From Candidatus Latescibacterota bacterium (GTDB taxonomy: Bacteria > Latescibacterota > UBA2968 > GCA-2709665), in contig OZ250150.1 of NCBI GenBank assembly GCA_965237675.1, forward strand, positions 5,248,001-5,312,000: a stretch of DNA of 64,000 bases. Reading direction: 5' to 3'. Position 1 is the stretch's first letter. Each line of letters opens with the position of its first letter. Shown in pieces: positions 39,830 to 50,094 of the stretch. The translations under genes and the position numbers were made by a program. The notes below the pieces were generated by a model. It was not told where the DNA came from and searched no databases. It worked only from the letters and a program-made list of their open reading frames with translations.

Positions 39830-40720
39830 CTATCCTCTCCCTGGAAACGTCAACTCGGCAACGCCCGACTTGTCCAGTTCACCCTTGCCAATTTCGATCA
39901 TGCGGTCGTACTGTTTTTTGGTCGCATCCGCAAGCGGCAGATTCAACCCGAGTTCTCGAGCAAGATCCAGGGCGATGCCGGAGTCCTTGGATGCGTGCGC
40001 AGACGAAAAATAACATTCATGATCCCGGGCCACCATGTCCTCTCCGTCCGTTTCCAGCACGCGGGAGTTGGCGCCGGTCTGCGAAAACACCTGCTGCAAC
40101 ATCTCCAGATCGAGACCCAGCGCCGAACCCAGCCCGAGCCCTTCCGCCAGGCCTGCCGTGTTGATATTCATCACCATATTCACGAGCGCCTTGACCTGCG
40201 CCGCACTTCCAGCCTCCCCGATGTATTTCAAATCCGTACTCATCGAATCCAGAATCGGCCGCACGTCGTCGAATACTTCCTTCTTACCGCCGCACATCAG
40301 ATAGAGCGTGCCTTCGCGGGCCTGGGTGATACTGCTTGCCATACACCCCTCCAGGCTTCTGGCACCCGCCCCCTCCGCCAACGCTTCGACGTCGACGTGC
40401 ACTTGCGGGGTGATGGTTGCACAGTTGATAAAGACCTTTCCGTCCGCACCGCGCAGCAGACTATCGCCCTCGCTCGAAAACACCGCACGCATCGCGTCGT
40501 CGTCCGTGACGACCGTAATGATCTGATCCGCCGCCGCGGTCACACGCGCCAGCGTCCCGGATGCCTCGCACCCGAGTTCCTGCGCCAGTTCGGCCGCGGC
40601 ATCCGATCGGACATCGAATATTGAAGTCACGGAAAAACCGTCGTCTTTCAGATTCCTTGCAATATTCGCGCCCATTCGCCCGACACCCACCACACCGATT
40701 CTGAAATAAGAAGTTTCCAT
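39830..40720 (-). CDS. NAD(P)-dependent oxidoreductase (beta-hydroxyacid dehydrogenase family)
   Basis: IGVVGVGRMGANIAR, CMASSITQA, AAQVKALVN, HASKDSGIA. Confidence 0.85.
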   Translation of the reverse strand: METSYFRIGVVGVGRMGANIARNLKDDGFSVTSIFDVRSDAAAELAQELGCEASGTLARVTAAADQIITVVTDDDAMRAVFSSEGDSLLRGADGKVFINCATITPQVHVDVEALAEGAGARSLEGCMASSITQAREGTLYLMCGGKKEVFDDVRPILDSMSTDLKYIGEAGSAAQVKALVNMVMNINTAGLAEGLGLGSALGLDLEMLQQVFSQTGANSRVLETDGEDMVARDHECYFSSAHASKDSGIALDLARELGLNLPLADATKKQYDRMIEIGKGELDKSGVAELTFPGRG

Positions 40721-40804
40721 CTTAACCTCCGGCATGCAAAAAGCGTTCGACTGCCGGCTCCCCTACCAACGCAGCCAACGGTCGAACGCTCCGGTCGGAA
40801 CATC

Positions 40805-41239
40805 CTACAGGCTGTTGTGGAATTCCGTCCAATCGTCGAGATTGTTCAGGTTCACCGCGTCCAGAATCGACCCGTCATCGCCCACGCCGGCCGCCGACAG
40901 AACCGACTTCCGCGTATCGTCGTCGTGGTGATACCCGCGAATGGCAGCATTCGATGCCTCAATTTCGTCCTGAGGAATGCTACCGCCACGCTGTTCCACC
41001 ACCCAGTTCTCGAAATCGATGTAAGACGGCAGATTGCTCTTGACATAGTCCACGGCCGCATCTCGGTTCACGTTCAATCCGTCCAGTACCATCTGATCGT
41101 AACCGGCGCCGCATTCGGGATAGTCGTCGGCAAGTTGGCCTTTGGCGGATAGTGTCAACTTCAACCACAATCTGGGGAGGTGGATGGCCCCCAGAGGCCC
41201 CGAAACACCGGAACTGATGAGGGGAATCGTGCCTGCCAT
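40805..41239 (-). CDS. DUF5069-like protein
   Basis: GPLG..HLPRLW.K.....G.L..DY..G.GYD...L..L; ends LNNLDDWTEFH. Confidence 0.7.
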   Translation of the reverse strand: MAGTIPLISSGVSGPLGAIHLPRLWLKLTLSAKGQLADDYPECGAGYDQMVLDGLNVNRDAAVDYVKSNLPSYIDFENWVVEQRGGSIPQDEIEASNAAIRGYHHDDDTRKSVLSAAGVGDDGSILDAVNLNNLDDWTEFHNSL

Positions 41240-41449
41240 TTCGCGTCTCCTTCTGAAATTGGGGAGTTGGGTTTGAAGAAAAACCGGGAGATGCCCATCG
41301 CAACCAATGCACCCCGTTCATCGGCCGCAAGCTTATGAGTCTTCCATAAATGTACAGGATGAATTCCCTGTCAACATGAAAAACATCGGGTCTGCGCCTC
41401 GGTAGCAGTCGCCTGGCAGGCGGTAAGCGCCGTGCGCCGTGACAAACGC

Positions 41450-41488
41450 AAAAAAAGCGGATGAGAACGGCTCTCATCCGCTTTTTTT
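41450..41488. terminator. Bidirectional intrinsic terminator
   Basis: aaaaaaagcggatgaga-acggc-tctcatccgcttttttt perfect stem with A and T tails, downstream of the nuclease gene. Confidence 0.85.
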
Positions 41489-41501
41489 CAGTTGTTGTCG
41501 C

Positions 41502-42173
41502 TCAATCCTCACGGCTGTTGATCAATTTAACGATCTGGTCCCGAATCCGTCCGGCCTCTTCGTATCGCTCCTGCCGGCTGGCCTGTTCCATCTTTTTTCG
41601 AAGATCGTTGATCCGCACCTCCAGCGGGTCTCCCGAATCGGCTGTCCCGCTCTTGGGAACTTCGGCGACCGTCATCAGGGCTTCTTCCTTGTCCTCCGCA
41701 AGTTTGGGCGGCGCCCAGGCCTCGATCACCTCCGGTTCCGCGGCGCCGAGCCCGGGCCGGTCCTCGTGTCCGGCATCAGTGAGAACGGCCTCCGAAACGA
41801 AGATCGGCGCTTCGTAACGCAGCGCCAGCGCAACGCAATCGCTCGGGCGAGCGTCGACCCGCCACCGCTTCGCGCCGCGCACGAGCGCCAGTTCCGCATA
41901 AAAGATGCCTTCTTTCAACTCCACAATATAGACACCCTCTATTGTCGTATCGAGTTGACCCAGAATGGACCGGACCAGGTCGTGTGTGAGCGGGCGTGGC
42001 GGGCGCTCGTTCGTCAGTTCGGCATAGATGGCGCTGGCCTCCATCAGCCCGATCACGATGGGCAACAGGACGTTGTGCTCACGACTGCAAAGCCAGATCA
42101 TTCGTTGATGGGAAACCTGAACCGGTCGTAACGCGTTCAGCGTCCGTTCAATGTCGATCTTGACTTCAACCAT
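41502..42173 (-). CDS. Bifunctional nuclease (DUF151) with C-terminal UVR domain
   Basis: LPIVIG..EA.AI, PRPLTHDL, VDARPSD..ALA, ERYEEAGRIRDQI. Confidence 0.9.
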   Translation of the reverse strand: MVEVKIDIERTLNALRPVQVSHQRMIWLCSREHNVLLPIVIGLMEASAIYAELTNERPPRPLTHDLVRSILGQLDTTIEGVYIVELKEGIFYAELALVRGAKRWRVDARPSDCVALALRYEAPIFVSEAVLTDAGHEDRPGLGAAEPEVIEAWAPPKLAEDKEEALMTVAEVPKSGTADSGDPLEVRINDLRKKMEQASRQERYEEAGRIRDQIVKLINSRED

Positions 42174-42259
42174 CGGCTTCCTCCGGATTCTCATCGCCCA
42201 GAACGCGGTTCGCAATATACGAAAATCAGGTTGGCCGGCAAGGTTAATTTACGCTTTTT

Positions 42260-43561
42260 TTAGACGCGTTTTGAGGTGAACCGTTCCACCAGGCCGATGC
42301 ACACCGCCTCGAGCCGTTCGGCACTCCCCGGCGCAACCCGTGACCAGGGTCCCGCCACGACTTCGTATCCACCCTCTGCGTAGGCTCTGCGGATGGGGAA
42401 ATATCCGAGCCATCCATTCGCATTGCCCGTCACGAACCAGGCGCCCGCCTGTTTGATCGCGAGCCCGGTCTCAACGAATACCTCGCCCGGAAGCGCGACC
42501 CAGCGCAGCCGGCCCAGAGCCATGGCCTGTACCTCGACCTCGAGCGGTCCTTCAGCGAGTTTGCGCGCGAGCCGCAGCGCCAGGCGTTTGTCAGATGAAG
42601 GATTCTGCGCCGCCGATCGCTCCGCCTCGTCCAGCGGCGGACAGGGCCTCCCATCCAGTTCCAGTTGATCCGTAACGTATGCCACGTCGGTCGACCCGAG
42701 TGGAGACCCCTTCTTCATCCGGGCAATCTCATCCAGCGCCGCTCGACCCAACGTTCGCCCGATCCGGGACACGTCCTCGAAATCGGTCGTCACGTGAATC
42801 GAGTTCACATTGCCACACGCGCCGTTGACAAACAGACAGGTCGCGCCATCCAGGCCCTCTTCCACACAGGCCGCCAGCGCACCGGGATAATCCGCCGACA
42901 CCGGCGGCAGGAGCATGGCCACGACCGGATGGGCGGAATAGTTCACCATCACCGCGTGGGGCGCTCCGGTCGCCGCTTCCAGATACAGCACGGACAGCGC
43001 CTCATCCACGGCCCACGGACCGGCGGCCTCCTCCCGTGAAGGCAACGCCCCGCCCCGGTTCAATGAACCGTCTTTCAAGAGAATTCGCCGATGGCGAGCG
43101 ACACCCGGCACCTGCGTTACCCCGGCGTATGCCCGGACAGCCGCCCGTCTTTCCCACGCCTCGGTAACCGTGGCTACCAGTGCCTCCATGTGCGCCTCCA
43201 GCCAATCCTGAATCCCCTCCGTTTCCCGGAACGGTGTCAGCCCGAGCATTTCGGGCGTGGAGTGGGAGTGGGTGGCCGAAAGCATGACACCCTCTTCTGA
43301 TAAACCGGTCCGTTCGGAAATCCGCGAACGCAACTCCACCGTGAAATGACGTTCCGGCCCAAGAATCGCGTTATCGTATCCCACCGAGTCAACGGCCAGC
43401 ACCGCAACCGACTTGCGACCGTCGTCGAGCACCAGGGCCCTGGCGTACAGATCGTCGTGGACACCCTCGAACGGCTCGCAGGTGCCGTTCCCGGAAGATG
43501 TCAGATACGGCACCCACGTGGGCGGGGTCACACACCTTTTTGCCGCGCCGGCCATCAGCAT
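42260..43561 (-). CDS. Neutral/alkaline ceramidase-like hydrolase
   Basis: VHDDLYARALVL, SATHSHS.P, NYSAHP, SADYPG, NGACGN, LPGEVF, GYFP...Y.EGGYE. Confidence 0.75.
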   Translation of the reverse strand: MLMAGAAKRCVTPPTWVPYLTSSGNGTCEPFEGVHDDLYARALVLDDGRKSVAVLAVDSVGYDNAILGPERHFTVELRSRISERTGLSEEGVMLSATHSHSTPEMLGLTPFRETEGIQDWLEAHMEALVATVTEAWERRAAVRAYAGVTQVPGVARHRRILLKDGSLNRGGALPSREEAAGPWAVDEALSVLYLEAATGAPHAVMVNYSAHPVVAMLLPPVSADYPGALAACVEEGLDGATCLFVNGACGNVNSIHVTTDFEDVSRIGRTLGRAALDEIARMKKGSPLGSTDVAYVTDQLELDGRPCPPLDEAERSAAQNPSSDKRLALRLARKLAEGPLEVEVQAMALGRLRWVALPGEVFVETGLAIKQAGAWFVTGNANGWLGYFPIRRAYAEGGYEVVAGPWSRVAPGSAERLEAVCIGLVERFTSKRV

Positions 43562-43582
43562 TTTCAGCGATCCTCCAACTAG

Positions 43583-43648
43583 CAGCCCGTTGAAAAAGTC
43601 CATCCGGGCTGCGGCCGGCTCTTGTGGCCGAATGACTGCGTTGCGCTC
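43583..43648. repeat. Truncated copy of MITE family B (left end)
   Basis: cagcccgttgaaaaagtccatccgg..gcggccggctctt.tggccgaat.actgcgttgcgctc is nearly identical to 15046-15111; preceded by CTAG. Confidence 0.8.
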
Positions 43649-43735
43649 GCTTACGCGTGCACGATCCATTCCCGGGTTGACATGTACAGTCCCAGCGGAT
43701 AAATTACACGCACATCCGTCAGATGAGGGAACCCC

Positions 43736-44560
43736 ATGGAACTTTCGCTTTCCGTACGTGTCGCCGAGAGCTTCAACAACAAACGGGTGGTGGACATACC
43801 GTTGCCCATCCTTGCGGGCATCGCGCGAAGGGCCGGATATGCCGCGCTATGTATGCGCGCCTCGGTTGTGGGTGTCCGGAGCACCCCGGAAGACGTGGAA
43901 TCCGCCCGCGAACTGCTGAGCAGGGAAGGCCTCGCGGTTTCAATGGTCACCGGCGACTTTGCCGTTCCCGAAAACGGCGACAACGGCCCGGGTTGCCTGC
44001 GGGACATCACGCCCTACCTCGACCTGGCGCAAGCTCTGGGAAGCGATCTGATTCGCGTCTGCATCAAGACCGAAGCCGATATCCCATTCGCCCAAAAATC
44101 GGCTGACGAAGCCGCCGAACGAAACGTCCGGCTTGCCCACCAGAGCCATACCCTCAGCCTGTTCGAGACCGTTGACGGCTCCCTGGATGTCCTCAGGAAA
44201 ATCGGCAGACCCAACTTCGGACTGATTTACGAACCCGCCAACCTCGCCCTCTGCGGCGAAGATTACGGCCCGGACGCGTTGCGGAAATTTCAGCCGTACC
44301 TGTTCAACGTCTACCTGCAGAACCACACACCCCACCCCGATGGAGACCGGCCGATGACCACCTGGGCAAAGGGTACCGTGATGTCCATCCTGCATCCCCT
44401 GGATGCGGGCGAAGGTATCGACTTCGGCCGAGTTTTCGAGGGCCTGCGCGCCATTGCCTACAATGGCTACGTCACCGTTCACCAGGCTTTCGGCGGCAGC
44501 CTGAACCCGGACGAAGCTGCCACCCGATCCGCAACCTACCTGAAGTCGTTTATCGGATAG
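43736..44560 (+). CDS. Sugar phosphate isomerase/epimerase (xylose isomerase-like TIM barrel)
   Basis: LAHQSH, NFGLIYEPANL, NVYLQN, G.GIDF..VF..L...YNGYVTVH. Confidence 0.75.
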   Translation: MELSLSVRVAESFNNKRVVDIPLPILAGIARRAGYAALCMRASVVGVRSTPEDVESARELLSREGLAVSMVTGDFAVPENGDNGPGCLRDITPYLDLAQALGSDLIRVCIKTEADIPFAQKSADEAAERNVRLAHQSHTLSLFETVDGSLDVLRKIGRPNFGLIYEPANLALCGEDYGPDALRKFQPYLFNVYLQNHTPHPDGDRPMTTWAKGTVMSILHPLDAGEGIDFGRVFEGLRAIAYNGYVTVHQAFGGSLNPDEAATRSATYLKSFIG

Positions 44561-44600
44561 TCGGCGGGTCCCGCTGTCTTACCCGTCGGACCGTACCGTA

Positions 44601-44981
44601 TCAGGTGTTTTCCGCTTTGCAATAATCCGCAGTGATTTCGTGTTCGATCCCGCCCCTGACGTTGAACCGGCCAACCACCACCATTTCAAGCGGCGCGCAT
44701 ACGAGGACCAGATCGTCCAGTATCCGGTTCGTCACGTCTTCAAAAAAAACGCCCCGTTCGCGAAACGATCTGAAGTAGTGCTTGAGCGACTTGAGCTCCA
44801 CGCACTGCTGGCCCGGTACATAACGGACCACGATCGTGGCAAAGTCAGGCTGCCCCGTAAGGGGACACAGCGACGTGAACTCCCGGCACGTGAACTCGAT
44901 CGTGTACCGCCGATGTGGACGCGGGTTCTCGAAGACCTCCAGAATTTCGCTCGCCTGTCCCTGCAATCGGGCGCCCCTCAT
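44601..44981 (-). CDS. queF: NADPH-dependent preQ0 (7-cyano-7-deazaguanine) reductase, type I
   Basis: EFTSLCPLTGQPDF (catalytic Cys and Asp), VELKSLKHY QueF motif, FFED..NRI, RGGI; alternative TTG start at 44966. Confidence 0.92.
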   Translation of the reverse strand: MRGARLQGQASEILEVFENPRPHRRYTIEFTCREFTSLCPLTGQPDFATIVVRYVPGQQCVELKSLKHYFRSFRERGVFFEDVTNRILDDLVLVCAPLEMVVVGRFNVRGGIEHEITADYCKAENT

Positions 44982-45002
44982 CAGAAAAGGCAGAACCCGG
45001 TT

Positions 45003-45347
45003 CTAGTCTCCGGCCCCTGCCGTGTCCACGGTTACCGTCGTCGCGATTCCTCCACGTACCGTGAACTCGCCAACCACCACCATGTTCACGGGGTGACACG
45101 CCCCGACCAGATCGTCCAGAATCCGGTTGACGGCCGCCTCGTAAGGCAGCGCTTCATTCCGGTACGAGCCCAGATACCGCTTTAGCGATACGGTTTCAAT
45201 ACACTTGGCGCCCGGCGCGTACCGAATCGTGATCGTCGCGAAAACCGGTTCCTTCGTCACGGGATAGACAGCCGTGAATTCCGGGAAGACAAACTCGATT
45301 GTATACGGCCGGCCCTGTTGAGGGTTTTCCACCGTCTCCAGATCCAC
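45003..45347 (-). CDS. QueF paralogue lacking the catalytic Cys/Asp
   Basis: EFTAVYPVTKEPVF (C->Y, D->V), IETVSLKRY, YEAAVNRILDDLV, RGGI. Confidence 0.85.
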   Translation of the reverse strand: MDLETVENPQQGRPYTIEFVFPEFTAVYPVTKEPVFATITIRYAPGAKCIETVSLKRYLGSYRNEALPYEAAVNRILDDLVGACHPVNMVVVGEFTVRGGIATTVTVDTAGAGD

Positions 45348-45420
45348 CTCGCCACTCCGTGATCGTGTTCTATCCGACCGGGCCGCGCGCAGGTGTAAAG
45401 GTTCGGCACCTCCGGCGGCC

Positions 45421-46422
45421 TCAAAATCCGGGCACCGTCACGGGCTTACCCGAGCGGACGGATTCAAAAAGCGCCACGCAGATTCCCGCTGTACGGACGG
45501 ATTGCTCGAGATTCACCTGCGGTTCCGTGTCGTTTTCTATAGCCTGAAGCAGGTCCTCTATCAGCTTCTGCCGGCTGTCGCGGGCATCGCCCGCCGCCGC
45601 CATGGGCGCCCATTTTCGGGTCTGCAGATCCGAAACCAGGTGGGCGGGAGGCGCCTGCGCGGTCAGAAACGTCTTCCGCGTGCCGTATATCTGCACGTTG
45701 CGGAAACCGGGCCGGGCCGAACCCATTGTTGTCAATGTCTTGGCCACGCATCCGTTTTCAAAGCGGATGATACCCACCACGCAATCCGTTACATCCAAGC
45801 CGTGCGATCCGGCGGATATTCCGTTTCCGTAAGCCGCTACCTCCGACGCGGGCGAGTCCACAATCCACTGGATCACGTCTACGGGATGAACGCTGCCGCC
45901 GGCCGCCGCGTTATAATTGGGACCAAGCCCGCCGCGCCATCCCTCCTGGAACAGATTCAAGTGGTTTGAAATATAGTCTGCCTCGGCGTAAAACAGCCGG
46001 CCGAACGCCAGCGCCTCGACCTGGCGTTTCAACTCCTGGAATGTCTCGTCGAACCGGATCTGACATCCGTGCGACACCTTCCGTCCCGTCCGACGGGATG
46101 TCTGCACAATTCTTTCGATATCCTCGAAGGACGTGGCCAGCGGCTTCTCCACGAGCACGTGCTTCCCGGCGGCCATCATCTCAACGGCCGGGTCCGCGTG
46201 CAGATGGTCGGGCGTGCAGATCGACACGACATCGATGTCGTCCCGCTCGGCCATTTCGCGGTAATCCGTATGACGGCGCCGAACCCCATGCGCCTCCCCT
46301 ACCTTTGCCAGTAGCTCCTCGTTCACATCGCAGATTGCCGTAACCACTGCACCGGCTTCCCGGTAGGCAGCGATATGCCCGGTGCCCACACCCAGTCCGA
46401 TCACCGCCGCATTTAATGCCAC
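45421..46422 (-). CDS. Gfo/Idh/MocA oxidoreductase
   Basis: VIGLG.G..H, ICTPDHLH, GKHVLVEKPLA. Confidence 0.9.
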   Translation of the reverse strand: MALNAAVIGLGVGTGHIAAYREAGAVVTAICDVNEELLAKVGEAHGVRRRHTDYREMAERDDIDVVSICTPDHLHADPAVEMMAAGKHVLVEKPLATSFEDIERIVQTSRRTGRKVSHGCQIRFDETFQELKRQVEALAFGRLFYAEADYISNHLNLFQEGWRGGLGPNYNAAAGGSVHPVDVIQWIVDSPASEVAAYGNGISAGSHGLDVTDCVVGIIRFENGCVAKTLTTMGSARPGFRNVQIYGTRKTFLTAQAPPAHLVSDLQTRKWAPMAAAGDARDSRQKLIEDLLQAIENDTEPQVNLEQSVRTAGICVALFESVRSGKPVTVPGF

Positions 46423-46522
46423 TCGTCAGACCTCCACTGAATCGATCGCGCACGTCTCCCGTCCGGTGCCGCGTCTATGGCCACGCAACGCACCTTTCCG
46501 GCCCATATTGAGCCGGCGCCCC

Positions 46523-47707
46523 TCAGCTTCGCTCCGGAACAATCGGAACCAGGCTCGCACCCGTCGGCCTGGGCGCACGGGGTCGGATCGGCGGGCGTTC
46601 GTACGACCGGTACCTGACATCAAGATGGGGCGTCTCCACCCTTGCATGTTCACGGTAACGCGAATCCATCAGCGCATCCAGCGCCCCGCTTACCAGAAGC
46701 GTACGCTCCACGGGGTACGGCGGTTTACCGGTAAGAAAGAGTTCATGGATATTCCGGCTGAGATAGCTGAAATGGGCATGGGGATCGTCAGGCAGGAACA
46801 CCTCCATCCCCCGGACAAGGCCAGATACGCGGCCGGCGTATCCGAACCCTTCCGTGTACCCGTTCAACATCAGGGTCGCCGCCCTCAGCCCATCGGCGTA
46901 TTCCAGCAGAAAGACCGCCGGGCTGGGGCAGTGGGCTTCCATTTCCCCCGCGGCTTTCGCCTCGATATGTTCACGGGCAGCGTCGGCGAGCGCGCGGGAC
47001 CACCGCCCCTCGTCCCCCGCCCGCCACACGGCATCTCCTTCGAGGCATTGCACCGCCACGATTCCCGTCTCGCCGCCACGCCTGCGTTCCACCATACACT
47101 GCAGCAGTTCAAGCGCGTGGAACCCATAGGAGTCCAGGCCCGAATACCCGATCGACAACGCTTCCTCCAGCGGCGTATCCAACCCGTATTCGAGATACGG
47201 GTTTCGCCAGGCCAGCGGCACCGAGGAACCGGCCAAAAAAGGTACCGTCAGCATCTGCGCCCGGTCGTACATCCACTTTGAATTCACCCAGTCATATGCC
47301 AGGTGCTTGTCGTTGAACACGGGCACGGACCGGCCGGACGTGGCAAACACCCCGCACACCTGCTCGAAGAAGAACCGGCGCGGATACATATGCTGCTGCT
47401 TTTCGTTCCAGGCGTAGTCGCCATGCTCTCCGATGATCAACACGCCGTCGACCGCCAGTTTCCCTCCGCCGAGCGTCAATGCCTTCGGAATACTGTTGTA
47501 GACGGGCACACCGTGTTCCTTTGCCAGTTCGACGCCCACGTCATTCTCGTGAACCTGGTCCATGTACATGGAAGCGATTTCCACCTGCGGCGGTATCAAC
47601 CCGTCATCCGACGGGAATCCCTTCAAGAATTTCGTCATAATGACGTCGGCGTGGGAACGCGCATAGTAGGTTGTCACGATCGCCGCGATCTTCCTGATTT
47701 CGGACAC
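46523..47707 (-). CDS. Conserved hypothetical protein (distant Gfo/Idh/MocA-like)
   Basis: SHADVI, DGVLIIGEHGDY, VFNDKHL, YGFHALE, PYPVERTLL; GTG start after an RBS. Confidence 0.7.
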   Translation of the reverse strand: MSEIRKIAAIVTTYYARSHADVIMTKFLKGFPSDDGLIPPQVEIASMYMDQVHENDVGVELAKEHGVPVYNSIPKALTLGGGKLAVDGVLIIGEHGDYAWNEKQQHMYPRRFFFEQVCGVFATSGRSVPVFNDKHLAYDWVNSKWMYDRAQMLTVPFLAGSSVPLAWRNPYLEYGLDTPLEEALSIGYSGLDSYGFHALELLQCMVERRRGGETGIVAVQCLEGDAVWRAGDEGRWSRALADAAREHIEAKAAGEMEAHCPSPAVFLLEYADGLRAATLMLNGYTEGFGYAGRVSGLVRGMEVFLPDDPHAHFSYLSRNIHELFLTGKPPYPVERTLLVSGALDALMDSRYREHARVETPHLDVRYRSYERPPIRPRAPRPTGASLVPIVPERS

Positions 47708-47998
47708 TGGAAACCACCTTTCGACATAACAGGGGAACACGAGGTTCGCCTTTACAGGGGCAACACATGAAAGGGCGCGTCGCGCCGCCCTGGGAATATA
47801 CAGCGGGCCGAAAAACCGCGGGGCCGGCGCCCAATCCGCGAGGCAAATATGGTTATCGCCCGAATCGATGTCAAGTTGAAATCAACTTCTCAGACATGCG
47901 ACAGTACCCGGTACATCCGGCTTGATTTTCGAAGATGGATCTTCTATTTTGGTGTCGGGAGACAGGAACCCACGTACCGATCCGAAAAGGCGCCCAAT

Positions 47999-49186
47999 AT
48001 GGCCTATACTCGCATGAAATCCTGGTTGCAGGAGGAACTGAAATCCATCCGGGAAAACGGCTTCTACAAAACAGAGAGGCCAATTGCCACACCCCAGCAT
48101 ACCCGGATCAGAACCTCGGAAGGAGAAGCGATCAACTTCTGCGCCAACAACTATCTGGGGCTGGCCAACCATCCGGAGATCGTGGACGCGGCCGCCGCAG
48201 GGTTGAACGCATACGGATACGGCCTGGCTTCGGTGCGCTTCATCTGCGGCACCCAGACCCTGCACAAGACCCTGGAAGGCCGTATCTCCCGGTTTCTGAA
48301 TACAGACGAAACCATACTCTACACGTCCTGCTTCGACGCCAACGCCGGGCTGTTCGAGACCCTCTTCGGCCCCGAAGACGCCGTGATCAGCGACGCTCTT
48401 AATCACGCCAGCATCATCGACGGCGTCAGACTTTGTAAAGCACGGCGCAACATCTATCGTCATGCCGACATGCCGCACCTCGAAACCCGGCTTAAGGATA
48501 CGGCGGACGCCCGCTTCCGAGTGATCGCCACGGACGGCGTGTTCTCCATGTACGGCGACGTGGCGCCCCTTAAAGAGATCTGCCGCCTCGCGGACGCCCA
48601 CGACGCGCTTGTGATGGTGGACGATTCCCACGCGACCGGTTTTCTGGGCGCGAACGGCCGCGGCACCCCCGAATTGTGCGGCGTTGAAGATCGAATCGAT
48701 ATCCTCACCAGCACGCTCGGAAAGGCCCTGGGGGGCGCATCGGGCGGATTTACAACGGGCCGGGGGGAAATCATCGAGTACCTGCGGCAGCGCTCCCGAC
48801 CCTACCTTTTCTCCAACACGCTGGCGCCGCCCATCGCGGCGGGTGGATTGAAAGCGCTGGATCTGGTAGAGACGCGGCCGGAATATCGACGAGCCCTGAT
48901 GCAAAACACAAGGTACTTCAGGAGTAAAATGAACGAACGCGGCTTCCTCATCCCCGCTGGCATCCACCCCATCGTCCCGATTATGCTCGGCGACGAACGG
49001 CAAACCGTGCGTATGGCCCACGCCATGAACGAGCGCGGCATATTCGTTGTCGGCTTCAGCTATCCGGTGGTCCCTAGGGGCGAGGCCCGCATCCGCGTCC
49101 AGATTTCCGCGGCCCACACCCGAAACCAACTGGACCGTGCCATCGATACCTTTGTGGAAGTCGGGAAAGCCCTCAGCGTCCTTTAG
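47999..49186 (+). CDS. kbl: Glycine C-acetyltransferase (2-amino-3-ketobutyrate CoA ligase)
   Basis: [67 protein letters not shown]. Confidence 0.95.
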   Translation: MAYTRMKSWLQEELKSIRENGFYKTERPIATPQHTRIRTSEGEAINFCANNYLGLANHPEIVDAAAAGLNAYGYGLASVRFICGTQTLHKTLEGRISRFLNTDETILYTSCFDANAGLFETLFGPEDAVISDALNHASIIDGVRLCKARRNIYRHADMPHLETRLKDTADARFRVIATDGVFSMYGDVAPLKEICRLADAHDALVMVDDSHATGFLGANGRGTPELCGVEDRIDILTSTLGKALGGASGGFTTGRGEIIEYLRQRSRPYLFSNTLAPPIAAGGLKALDLVETRPEYRRALMQNTRYFRSKMNERGFLIPAGIHPIVPIMLGDERQTVRMAHAMNERGIFVVGFSYPVVPRGEARIRVQISAAHTRNQLDRAIDTFVEVGKALSVL

Positions 49187-49277
49187 CCCTTATCTGGTGA
49201 CCTTCTCTCTCGATTCCGACAACGGAAGCGGGTGCGGCCGTCGGAACGGCCGACCGCAATTATAAGAGGACACGCAA

Positions 49278-50045
49278 ATGGACATGGCCCAGCAGCAACC
49301 CCTCCGGGACCGCATCGCCATCGTGACCGGGGCGGGGCAGGGTATCGGCCGGGCGGTCGCCCGGACCCTGGCGGGACACGGCGCCCACCTCGTCGTCAAC
49401 GACCTCGACGAGTCCAACGCCGAACGCACAGCTGAAGAACTGAGTTCCTCGTTCACCAGGGCCTTCCACTTTCAGGCCGATGTGACCGATGGCCCAGGGG
49501 TTCAGGCTATGGTCGACTGGACGGCCGATACCTTTGGCGGCGTCCACATCCTGGTCAACAACGCCGGCATCCTCTTACCCACCAGCGTCATCGACATCGA
49601 CGAAGACGAATGGGATCGAGTGATCGACGTCAATCTCAAAGGCGCCTTTCTCTGCTCGAAGGCTGTCCTCCCTCATATGCGGGAAGCGGGTTGGGGGCGC
49701 ATCGTCAATTTCTCATCCACCGCCGGCAAGAACATCAGTACCGTGGGCGGCGCACATTACACCGCCGCCAAGGCCGGGGTGCTGGGATTCACCCGCCACC
49801 TGGCCAGGGAGGTCGCGCCCTACAACATTACGGTAAATGCCGTTTGCCCCGGCCTGATCGATACGGAAATGGTCCGCGGTACCATCGACGAAGATCGTAC
49901 ACGCGCCTACGCGCGGAGTTTTCCCATCCCCCGCCTGGGCAGACCGGAGGAAGTGGCCGACCTGGTGGCCTTCCTCGCCTCCGACCAGGCCGCCTACATC
50001 ACGGGAGCGTCGCTGGACATCAACGGCGGAGATTTGATGATTTAG
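49278..50045 (+). CDS. SDR family oxidoreductase (FabG-like)
   Basis: TGAGQGIG, NNAG, YTAAK, NAVCPG. Confidence 0.92.
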   Translation: MDMAQQQPLRDRIAIVTGAGQGIGRAVARTLAGHGAHLVVNDLDESNAERTAEELSSSFTRAFHFQADVTDGPGVQAMVDWTADTFGGVHILVNNAGILLPTSVIDIDEDEWDRVIDVNLKGAFLCSKAVLPHMREAGWGRIVNFSSTAGKNISTVGGAHYTAAKAGVLGFTRHLAREVAPYNITVNAVCPGLIDTEMVRGTIDEDRTRAYARSFPIPRLGRPEEVADLVAFLASDQAAYITGASLDINGGDLMI

Positions 50046-50094
50046 GCCCCTATTTCCACCGAATGTCTCGTACGGCGTCAGGAGAATTCACCGA

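Noticed and set aside
38240-40624. Long + strand ORFs 38240-39484 and 39533-40624
   Set aside because: Antisense shadows of well-supported minus-strand genes in GC-rich DNA; no motifs.
43562-43669. N-terminal extension of the ceramidase-like ORF
   Set aside because: It is translated MITE sequence (the same peptide appears at about 15053-15110).
44995-45420. preQ1 riboswitch near queF (ggttctag at about 44999)
   Set aside because: The motif is antisense to the genes and has no A-rich tail; the leader of the upstream gene shows no preQ1 consensus.
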